A stretch of 56,819 nucleotides of DNA. It comes from Eubacteriales bacterium. GTDB lineage: Bacteria > Bacillota > Clostridia > Oscillospirales > CAG-272. The stretch is from the NCBI GenBank assembly GCA_045652665.1, contig JAZRUS010000054.1, positions 1 to 56,819 of the forward strand, read 5' to 3'. Below are positions 38,162 through 45,454 of the stretch, piece by piece. Within the stretch, counting starts at the first letter, position 1; each line of letters starts with the position of its first letter. The notes under the pieces were generated by a model, which did no database searches, was not told the origin of the DNA, and worked only from the letters and a program-made list of their open reading frames with translations. Made by a program: the position numbers and the translations under genes.

Positions 38162-38549
38162 TCTCATCCTCCTTGCTCGCTATAATTAAACCATTGAATG
38201 GTTTAACGATAGGTGATGAGTCCTCAGCGTTTGAACAGCGATTGTATTCTAATGTCAAGATACTTTTAACCGCATGAACACCCTTTACATCTAATTTAGA
38301 GAGCATCGAACAAATCTCATAAAATTGATCATTAAATATCGTTAAGTCGGCATCATACACTTGTTTCAAGTTCAGAAGCTTGCATATCTTAATCACGGTA
38401 TCATAGGAAGTTCCTCCAACCCCTTTGGTTAAAGCGTTGGATAAGGTACTATACGGAATACCGCTAACTTCCGAGAACTTTTTTACGCTTTTGTACTGTC
38501 GTTTAATTTCATCTCGAATTAATATTGTAATACTGTCCAAGGTTATCAC
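38154..38549 (-). CDS. Xre-family HTH regulator (ImmR-like)
   Basis: SVKKFSEVSGIPYSTLSNAL..G......TVIKICKLL; coupled to the ImmA-like gene. Confidence 0.85.
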   Translation of the reverse strand: MITLDSITILIRDEIKRQYKSVKKFSEVSGIPYSTLSNALTKGVGGTSYDTVIKICKLLNLKQVYDADLTIFNDQFYEICSMLSKLDVKGVHAVKSILTLEYNRCSNAEDSSPIVKPFNGLIIASKEDEND

Positions 38550-38578
38550 TCCTTTTTAGCAAAAAACACTACGAATAC

Positions 38579-38607
38579 ATTATATCACCAAATTTCGATT
38601 TTGTCAA
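38579..38607 (-). promoter_or_regulatory. Sigma-A promoter of the cargo operon
   Basis: TTGACA-17 bp-TATAAT with extended TG. Confidence 0.75.
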
Positions 38608-38700
38608 CAAAAAATTATCCAAATTTGGTTTTTTATTTTTTGGCATAAAAAAAGAGGATAAGAATTTATTCTTATCTCCTTATTTTGAGAAATTTATCCG

Positions 38701-38973
38701 TTAGTCGTCTTTATCCGTCTGCACCTCCATCACTAACCTCGCTCCGAGCTTGAAGGCGTATTCGAATATGGATGCTTCGGCAAGGCTCATGTATTCGCTC
38801 CAGCAGTCGTGGAACTTGTCGAAGATTTCTTTTTGTTCCTCGGTGAAGGTTTTCTCCAAGTCCTCGTGATGCCTTGCCATATATCCAAGGAGCTCTTTCA
38901 TCTCTTTGGAGTTCGTTCTGCTGTCCTCTTGCGGTATTATGTTGCCGTGCCATAGTTCTTTTACTACGTTCAT
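38701..38973 (-). CDS. DUF6809-like small protein
   Basis: ELWHGNIIP...F.YAFKLGARL pattern; GGAGG RBS. Confidence 0.75.
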   Translation of the reverse strand: MNVVKELWHGNIIPQEDSRTNSKEMKELLGYMARHHEDLEKTFTEEQKEIFDKFHDCWSEYMSLAEASIFEYAFKLGARLVMEVQTDKDD

Positions 38974-39051
38974 TTTTATTACCTCCGGTAGCACAACACA
39001 ATACCACATAAATCTCGCAAAGTCCAGACAATTTGGGAAAAGAAAACAGGC

Positions 39052-39119
39052 TTTTTGAAAACGCCCTCTTCTTTGTTATAGGCGGTGTAATTTTTTGTCA
39101 TTGGGAAGAGAAAAACGGT
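39052..39119. repeat. ~65 bp imperfect direct repeat, copy 2
   Basis: Aligns with 26881-26949. Confidence 0.8.
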
Positions 39120-39144
39120 GAGCATTTCTGCCCACCGTCGCTTA

Positions 39145-40416
39145 TTAGTTTTGTATTGCGAGATTGTACCTTGCAAGTACGTATTCCTTGATTTCCTTTG
39201 CTTTTACCTTCATATTTATTTTCCCAATAACTGCCTCTATTGTTTCCTCGCTAATGGTAGGTATATATTCCTTGTATTCGGGATAGGTTTCCATAACGTC
39301 GCGGAAGAGGGATATCAGAAGGTCGTTTGCGTTAGGTTTTGCCGGGTAACCACGGGAAATAAGTGCCATATTGTTATCGTAGTTCGGTGCGAGCCCGAGA
39401 AGCTTTCCGCTTTTCACATCACGCATAAGACCGAAGTTGTTTGTGTGTCGGTCGGGGTTTGCGCAGATCGTATCCATAAATATAAGCTTAATATAATCGG
39501 GGATTGCTTCGGGGCATATTCCTTCGAGTGCATCGATAACGTCGAGGTAGTCCTCGTTATCTCCCATAAATGCCGATGCAGGCTCGAAGTTCACTGAACC
39601 TTGCGAGGTGAAGTCAAGGCTCTTAATACAGCCTGTGCCTTTTTCATATCTTGCCATATTCATTCCGAGTGCTTTTCCAAGTTCGTAAACGAAGAGCTCG
39701 GAGAACATTTCGGGAAGAGTGGCTTTTTTGTGCATCCACCATTTGCCGTCCTTAAGCTTCCAGCATTTTTCAAAACTACCTACGTTTGTAAGTTCCGGAC
39801 TCTTCGTGTGTCCTCCGGAAGCTGCTTTGTTGAAGCTATCGTAGTTTCCCTTGAGGGCAAGGCTTGCGAAATAGTCGTTATCGAATTTCACGTCAGCATA
39901 GGTAAGCGTCGAGCCTATCGGTCTTATCCAATAGTTATCGGTAATGGTCGCCGCATTTACATGAATAACGGTGGAAATATCGTCCTTGTTTTCAAGGCGA
40001 AGCGCCTTTTTCAAGAGTCTTGAGTTAGCTCTGTGACTGTCTATTGCTCTAGTTTCAAGCCAAGAGTCTGCATCACGATATTTTCTAAGATATAACGGGA
40101 GAAGAGATTCGTTGTGAACAGTCAAATTTTTATCATTCCAGGTTGCGACAAGAGTATCTCCCGAAAGTATTTCATATGAGTCTTTTGTTGGAGCATTGTT
40201 ATTTACTACGGGTGCATCGGGAATAAACTCCATAATGTCGTCGAGTGTACATTCAAGAGCTGCACAGATCTTCCCGAGAACGTCTACGGTAACGTTATCG
40301 CCTCTTGACATCTTACTTATTGTAACTGGATTTATTCCGGCAAGTGCGGCAAGCTCTTTCTTTTTCATATCCTTATCAATGAGGAGCTTCCACAACTTTT
40401 TATAGGTAACAGCCAT
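39145..40416 (-). CDS. Xre-HTH fused to HipA-like kinase
   Basis: MAVTYKKLWKLLIDKDMKK HTH; GSFEKCW, N.DRH.NNFG and LAPNYDN kinase motifs. Confidence 0.85.
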   Translation of the reverse strand: MAVTYKKLWKLLIDKDMKKKELAALAGINPVTISKMSRGDNVTVDVLGKICAALECTLDDIMEFIPDAPVVNNNAPTKDSYEILSGDTLVATWNDKNLTVHNESLLPLYLRKYRDADSWLETRAIDSHRANSRLLKKALRLENKDDISTVIHVNAATITDNYWIRPIGSTLTYADVKFDNDYFASLALKGNYDSFNKAASGGHTKSPELTNVGSFEKCWKLKDGKWWMHKKATLPEMFSELFVYELGKALGMNMARYEKGTGCIKSLDFTSQGSVNFEPASAFMGDNEDYLDVIDALEGICPEAIPDYIKLIFMDTICANPDRHTNNFGLMRDVKSGKLLGLAPNYDNNMALISRGYPAKPNANDLLISLFRDVMETYPEYKEYIPTISEETIEAVIGKINMKVKAKEIKEYVLARYNLAIQN

Positions 40417-40656
40417 ATTTACCTCCAAAAATGCTTTTGTATCATTTTATCACAAAAACAGCCGCTTGTCAACTAATAAATTTTGCGTTCTCCAAATTAT
40501 TTTGCAAATTTGTTAATTTCGCACATAATTACTATCACTGTGGTGATAGTTTCGTTTGCTTGAACTGAACTTAAAAAATGCAAAAATTAAGAAAATATAA
40601 AGTAGACTTTAGATTTTCCTAAAAATCAAGGCTGGGCGAGTGCCCAGCCTATCGTA

Positions 40657-41199
40657 TTATGAGAAGTATTCGTTAAGCAATTCTTGATGCTTTTGACTCT
40701 TCTTTGCGATTTTAAATCCGTAATTCGAGATGAATGCTATCATCCATTCCTTTGCTATGATTTCCTCGCCTTGAGCTTTTACGCATTTTAGGTGTTCACG
40801 GTTTATCCATCGTCTTACCGAGTCGTGCTCGTAGCCGAGGAGCTTTTCGAGCTCTTTCGGTGAGAAGGTTTCTTTTTGATTGCACCACCGTTTTGTAAGC
40901 CATTTGGAGAAGTCTTCCCGAAGTTCATTCGGGTATCGTATTTCCGAGGTGCTTTTCTTTGCTGAGAATATGGGAGGAACAAAGTATGCGTTTGGGTTTT
41001 TGCTAACTGTACTCACATAGTGAATAACATCCGTAATTTCTATCGTGTATCGCCTGGTCTTCTTCTCGGTATCCTTGCAGGGTATTACTCCGTTCTGGAG
41101 CATCCAAGCACACTTGCGTTTGCTGATTCCGAGGATAATTCTGAGTTGCTCGGAGTTTATCGTTTTGGGATAAGTTGATACGATTTCGTTAACCGTCAT
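40657..41199 (-). CDS. Tandem HTH (MerR/Xis-like) DNA-binding protein
   Basis: Two Xis-like repeats (LRIILGISKRKCAWMLQNG; LEKLLGYEHDSVRRWI). Confidence 0.7.
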   Translation of the reverse strand: MTVNEIVSTYPKTINSEQLRIILGISKRKCAWMLQNGVIPCKDTEKKTRRYTIEITDVIHYVSTVSKNPNAYFVPPIFSAKKSTSEIRYPNELREDFSKWLTKRWCNQKETFSPKELEKLLGYEHDSVRRWINREHLKCVKAQGEEIIAKEWMIAFISNYGFKIAKKSQKHQELLNEYFS

Positions 41200-41455
41200 T
41201 TTTCTCACCTCCGACTCTGAAGCGTTTGCCGTCTGTATCGTCGGCATGCAGTAGGAGGTAATCTATTAGGTCGAGCTTTGATATGAGGTGAGCGCCTCGC
41301 ATAACGAAGCTTCTCAGCTCGCCCGATTTGAGCAGTGCATAAATCGTATTTTTACTTTTCTTCGTCCATCTCGCTGCTTGTATAGGTGATAGAATGTCGG
41401 GGCATCCGCGAAGTAGCCATTCAAGGTCTTGTCTTCTGGTTTCCGTATTGTTCAT
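41189..41455 (-). CDS. Excisionase-like HTH_17 protein
   Basis: PDILSPIQAA...SKNTIYALLKSGEL...ISKLDLIDYL. Confidence 0.75.
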   Translation of the reverse strand: MNNTETRRQDLEWLLRGCPDILSPIQAARWTKKSKNTIYALLKSGELRSFVMRGAHLISKLDLIDYLLLHADDTDGKRFRVGGEKNDG

Positions 41456-41666
41456 TTTTCTTTCTCCGTAATCTTTTTTTGCCGACGGTTACTGAGAAGT
41501 TGACAATTTTGAGATTTAGTGATATAATTCTTTTGCTGAATTTTACGGATTTTCTGACAGTTTTCTATCATTTTTCTTGAAAATAGTCGGAATTTTCGCT
41601 ATTATATGCCGGGATTTGTTATCAAATAGTGACGACGAGGGACGAGTAGGTATTAAACGGTTAATT

Positions 41667-41725
41667 ACTCGAAATCAGTTTGTGGATAACACCACACGAG
41701 GGTTCGAATCCCTCCCTCTGCGCCA
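41667..41725 (+). pseudogene. 3' half of host tRNA-Ser(CGA) (attR)
   Basis: ACTCGAAATCAGTTTGTGGATAACACCACACGAGGGTTCGAATCCCTCCCTCTGCGCCA followed by a terminator hairpin. Confidence 0.9.
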
Positions 41726-42047
41726 ATAAATGAACGGTCGGGTTTTTCCGACCGTTTATTTATTTTCACAGTCGGTCGGTCTCGAACACTGCTCGCGGAG
41801 CGAGCGAGGGTACAGCTATGTGTCGGTCGGACACGACACATTACGCTGGATACGGCATCCGTATAGCCGTATGCTGCAACTCCACTCGGAGATCGATAAG
41901 CTCGCTTGTTAGGCGCAGAGTGTAAGCATCTTCGCCATAGGCGAATACCCCTCCCACAACCTATTCGGATCTATTCCGATCAAACGACGGGTTCAATGCG
42001 CAGAAGAATCAAAAAAAGCAGAACCCACAAATAGGGTTCTGCTTTTT

Positions 42048-42123
42048 TGGTGCTCCTGCGGGAATTCGAATCCCGGACACCTTGATTAAAAGTCAAGTGC
42101 TCTACCGGCTGAGCTACAGGGGC
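42048..42123 (-). tRNA. tRNA-Lys(TTT)
   Basis: Cloverleaf, anticodon arm CTTGA-CTTTTAA-TCAAG, CCA end, upstream TTGACA promoter and downstream terminator. Confidence 0.92.
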
Positions 42124-42337
42124 ATACAAACTTACGCCATAATATGATAGCATATTAAAAGCGATTTGTCAATAGTTTTAACGAAAATAATCCAAAAAAT
42201 GCTTTTTTGATTTGCTGTACAAAATATGGGACATTTGATGCTTTATAATTAAATCACAAGGTAAAACGCAAGGGAAAACAAGGCTTTTCTTTAATGATCA
42301 TTTTGACCTTGAAATATGTATGAATTGGAGAAAAAAT

Positions 42338-42544
42338 ATGAGAACTAAGTATGCAGTTGCACTTATGAAAGGAGAGAATGAGTCCATTCTCGGCGTTTTT
42401 AAAACAAAGGAGGAGGCAGACAGATTTGGATACAGTACACATATACCCAGGGAAGCAGGTCTTCATTACTGCTTTGCAGCTCCGTTTGCCAAGGGAAAGC
42501 CGGTTGGTAAGAGTATAAGAGTTTATAATTATTACAATATGTAA
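42338..42544 (+). CDS. Small hypothetical protein
   Basis: GGAG RBS, 68 aa, followed by a hairpin. Confidence 0.6.
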   Translation: MRTKYAVALMKGENESILGVFKTKEEADRFGYSTHIPREAGLHYCFAAPFAKGKPVGKSIRVYNYYNM

Positions 42545-42754
42545 CGCAAGCCTGACCGGGAGCATTTGAATCTGTTCCGGTCAGGCAAGTGTTTTATTCA
42601 AGATTTTTAATTGGTATATTAATTCTCTATTGGAAGAAATAGAGAATAAATCATATTAGAATGCTAAAATACAAAAATATGCTTTAAATATTTTGTTTTT
42701 CTTAAAAAAGCACTTGACAATTCCAAATTTTTGTTGTATAATGTAGAAGCCGTT

Positions 42755-42838
42755 GCGGGAGTGGCGGAACTGGCAGACGCGCACGTTTGAGGGGCGTGTG
42801 GTTTTACCGTACGGGTTCAATTCCCGTCTCCCGCACCA
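42755..42838 (+). tRNA. tRNA-Leu(GAG)
   Basis: Cloverleaf with variable arm, loop TTGAGGG, CCA end; TTGACA-17-TATAAT at 42714-42742. Confidence 0.95.
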
Positions 42839-42886
42839 AAAATAACCTAAATTGAACCGCAAGGGACAATTTAGGTTATTTTTTAT

Positions 42887-43016
42887 CCATTGCGAAAGCA
42901 ATGGGATATCATCAGCCCGTAGGGGCTGATGATATACACGACTGCGTCGTGATGATATTCCAAGCCTGCGGCTTGGATAAAAAAATTCGACAAGTTGAAA
43001 CTTGCCGAATTTTTTG
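42887..43016. repeat. REP-like serial hairpin cluster with TGATGATA units
   Basis: CCATTGC-GAAA-GCAATGG, TATCATCAGCCC-GTAG-GGGCTGATGATA, CACGAC-TGC-GTCGTG and TCCAAGCC-TGC-GGCTTGGA. Confidence 0.7.
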
Positions 43017-43090
43017 TGAAGGGCGGACGAAAAAGATATTTTGGGGAGTTTTCGTATAGACTTGAACTCATGTGGATTGTGTATGCTCGG

Positions 43091-43339
43091 TTAACGTTTC
43101 GATTTTTTCTCTATAAACACTGTAAAAATAAATGAAATGATCAGAGAAAACAAAATGTATAACAGGTATGGCAGTTCAAACAGTTTAATTGTAAAATTAT
43201 CAAAACCATTAAATATACAGTCAATGGCGATTGCAAAAATATTGCATATAACAAATCCAATGAAAATTATTATGAATACAGCAATAAATAAAAGAATCGC
43301 TTGAAAAATAATACTTCGATTTTGATTTTTCTTTTTCAT
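43091..43339 (-). CDS. Small two-TM membrane protein
   Basis: 82 aa, two hydrophobic segments, AGGGG RBS. Confidence 0.55.
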   Translation of the reverse strand: MKKKNQNRSIIFQAILLFIAVFIIIFIGFVICNIFAIAIDCIFNGFDNFTIKLFELPYLLYILFSLIISFIFTVFIEKKSKR

Positions 43340-43372
43340 ACTACCCCTAATTTCCGTTGTGTTACGTTTTTG

Positions 43373-43471
43373 TCAGCTTGACATACCAATTTGACCTTTT
43401 ATACTGTCACAAATTTTGATAACTTTTTCAGCAAAATCGGTTGATAAATCCCGAAGCTTTGAATCTGCCAT
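43373..43471 (-). pseudogene. Truncated four-helix-bundle (23S rRNA IVP/Avd-like) gene
   Basis: Reads MADSKLRDLSTDFAEKVIKICDSIKGQIGMSS*, resembling the family N-terminus; AAAGG RBS and TATAAT upstream. Confidence 0.6.
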
Positions 43472-43523
43472 AGTAACACAGCCTTTCTGCTGTTATTATA
43501 TCATAAATTCGATATTTTTTCAA

Positions 43524-43698
43524 GTGAAATATTCGCCTTACGGCGAATGTGAAATAATTCACTTCGTGAATTGTGAAATATTGCTCCTTCGTCGCAATGT
43601 GAAATAAAATTCGCCTCCTCACGCGCGAAGCGCATTTCACATGCGAAGCATATTTCACGCTCCGAAGGAGTATTTCACTCGCCGTAGGCGAATTTCAC
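43524..43698. repeat. Nested GTGAAAT/ATTTCAC multi-hairpin palindromic element
   Basis: GTGAAAT at 43524, 43549, 43573 and 43599; ATTTCAC at 43634, 43652, 43672 and 43692; units separated by mini-hairpins. Confidence 0.9.
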
Positions 43699-43741
43699 TG
43701 AAAAAAGTAACTTATAAGTATTTCAAAAAACATTTAGTAAA

Positions 43742-44185
43742 TTATTGTTCCTTCTTTTTTAGATATGATCTGTGCTTCTTCAGTTTTGACACCGCTTTTT
43801 CAAATTCATCATAATGTTTTCCCGTAGAAACATTCTTATTTCTTTTAATACTAATTATAGGACTTAATTTTTCAAACTGACGGATAAAGAACCCTCCACC
43901 CAAACGGTTTAATACTTTATAAGAGTATATATTCGTGTTGACTCCTACTGAAAAATTTTCGATTTTTGCAAGACAAATGGTTATTTCTTCCCATTCTCTG
44001 CTTTTGTACACAATTTTTGATAAATCCTCATATTCATTAAGTTTCGCAAAAACACTATCTTGCAATTCATTATATGCAATTAATGTTGCTTCCTTTTTTT
44101 GGCGAGATGATTCTCGAAAAAATTGATAACTGGATAGTAAAAACGCTAAAATAGAAATGATTAAAGCTACGATCTCCATATACAT
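43742..44185 (-). CDS. Hypothetical protein with N-terminal TM (DUF4760-like)
   Basis: TM then KKEATL.AYN.LQ...E.FSVGVN..IY...Y.EFEK pattern. Confidence 0.65.
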   Translation of the reverse strand: MYMEIVALIISILAFLLSSYQFFRESSRQKKEATLIAYNELQDSVFAKLNEYEDLSKIVYKSREWEEITICLAKIENFSVGVNTNIYSYKVLNRLGGGFFIRQFEKLSPIISIKRNKNVSTGKHYDEFEKAVSKLKKHRSYLKKKEQ

Positions 44186-44214
44186 AATCTCCTTACAATG
44201 TTAATTTTGAATAA

Positions 44215-44466
44215 AAATCTTTTTACTTTTGTTTTTTTGAATTATCAATACGCTCTTGTATTAATTCCGGAGTGATGTTTTCCCAATAATTTATATAAAC
44301 CAATCGTACTCCATTTTTTGCTTAATTCTTGTTTTTCTATATCCCTCTGTTGTAGCTTTTTAAATGCTTCCTCACCACCAAAATAATCTATTGACTCAAA
44401 ATGTTGTTTGCCTTGATATTCAATGGCGGTTTTTAATCCCCAAATATATATATCGTAAGACATCAT
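44215..44466 (-). pseudogene. Fragment of PD-(D/E)xK-like endonuclease, 5' truncated and frameshifted
   Basis: YDIYI...AIEYQGKQHF..FGG...QQRD..K; the expected C-terminus NGVRLVYINYWENITPELI lies in another frame after an A6 run. Confidence 0.7.
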
Positions 44467-44505
44467 TGTTTTTTGTATAAACTTGAACCCACTCTAACAA
44501 TTGTA

Positions 44506-45294
44506 TTAATCTATGGTACTGCAACTATCTTGCCATAAATCTTCCATATCTTCTTGCAATTTACGATTCATCTCCTGTTGCACTATTTTACAATGAGATT
44601 TTACTTTTTCATCCAATATCAGTTTTTTATCTATTTTCTCTAAAAACTGACAAAAATCTAAAAGAGTTTCAAAATATTCTTGGAGATCGACATTACAACA
44701 AATATTATAAATGTTTTGCAATATAGAAATTTGGAGTGAAGGAGAAGACTGAGCAAAAAAATGAAACAAATAATCGTATGAGGAAATATCAACCATCTCT
44801 ACAACATTATTTTCATTTGTAAAAGCTTCTTTATCACCCAAAACGGCATTGATTATTTTTTTAAATTCACTTTTGTATTTATATGCGGAAGATAAATCTA
44901 CTCCATATTTTCCTCTTGCCCAAGTCGGTGTGGAGGTATCCCACTCTCCAGAAGCCAATACAGTGATATATTTTCTGTCATCTTGACCAAACAAAACATC
45001 GCTCGTAATTATAGATTCTTCATAGCCCACGCCCCCGATTCTTTTATCTGCCTTTTCTTTGTATAAAGGGGTACATATAATGAGAGTGAAATCACTTTCG
45101 ATAATTGATTTTTCCATAAATAAGGGCATTCTTTCTCCCAACTTAAGATCTTTTTGGTCAAGAATAGTACGAATACCATACATGGATAACTCATCGGATA
45201 ATTTTTTGACCCATGATTTATGGGTTTCACTATCCCAAGAATAAGAAATAAACACAGTGGGGCTCTCTTTATTTAAGGTTTTATCTTTTATCAT
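44506..45294 (-). CDS. TIR/SEFIR domain protein
   Basis: VFISYSWDSETHKSWV..L, MEKSI..SD..LIICTP.YK.KAD.R.GGVGYE. Confidence 0.88.
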   Translation of the reverse strand: MIKDKTLNKESPTVFISYSWDSETHKSWVKKLSDELSMYGIRTILDQKDLKLGERMPLFMEKSIIESDFTLIICTPLYKEKADKRIGGVGYEESIITSDVLFGQDDRKYITVLASGEWDTSTPTWARGKYGVDLSSAYKYKSEFKKIINAVLGDKEAFTNENNVVEMVDISSYDYLFHFFAQSSPSLQISILQNIYNICCNVDLQEYFETLLDFCQFLEKIDKKLILDEKVKSHCKIVQQEMNRKLQEDMEDLWQDSCSTID

Positions 45295-45454
45295 AATACC
45301 TCCTAAACACAAAAAATAATTTTTGTCATTCTAAATAAATTATATCACATAATTGGTGTTTTTTCAACAAAAACAAGTCATTATTTATCTTTTAACAATA
45401 ACATAAGCCAACCATTCTTGTTCATGGTATAATTTTCAAAAGGAGGATTGTATC

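Larger units (their letters stand above)
20315..41674. mobile_element. Integrative mobilisable element (~21.4 kb) inserted in tRNA-Ser(CGA)
   Basis: ACTCGAAA repeated at 20315-20322 and 41667-41674, joining the two tRNA halves; integrase, xis, relaxase, mobC and helicase present; no T4SS. Confidence 0.9.

Noticed and set aside
21880-39030. Similarity between ~21880-21915 and ~39000-39030 (TACCACA...GCAAAGTCCAGA)
   Set aside because: Explained as two similar minus-strand promoters (TGGACT -35) for int and the DUF6809-like gene
20315-41674. Prophage or full ICE
   Set aside because: No virion genes and no VirB4, coupling protein or other T4SS genes
42656-43071. ORFs 42656-42901 and 42883-43071
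   Set aside because: They overlap tRNA-Leu and the hairpin repeat; no coding signals
43524-43698. Possible CRISPR array
   Set aside because: Repeats are only 7 bp and invert midway, spacers are short hairpins, and there are no cas genes
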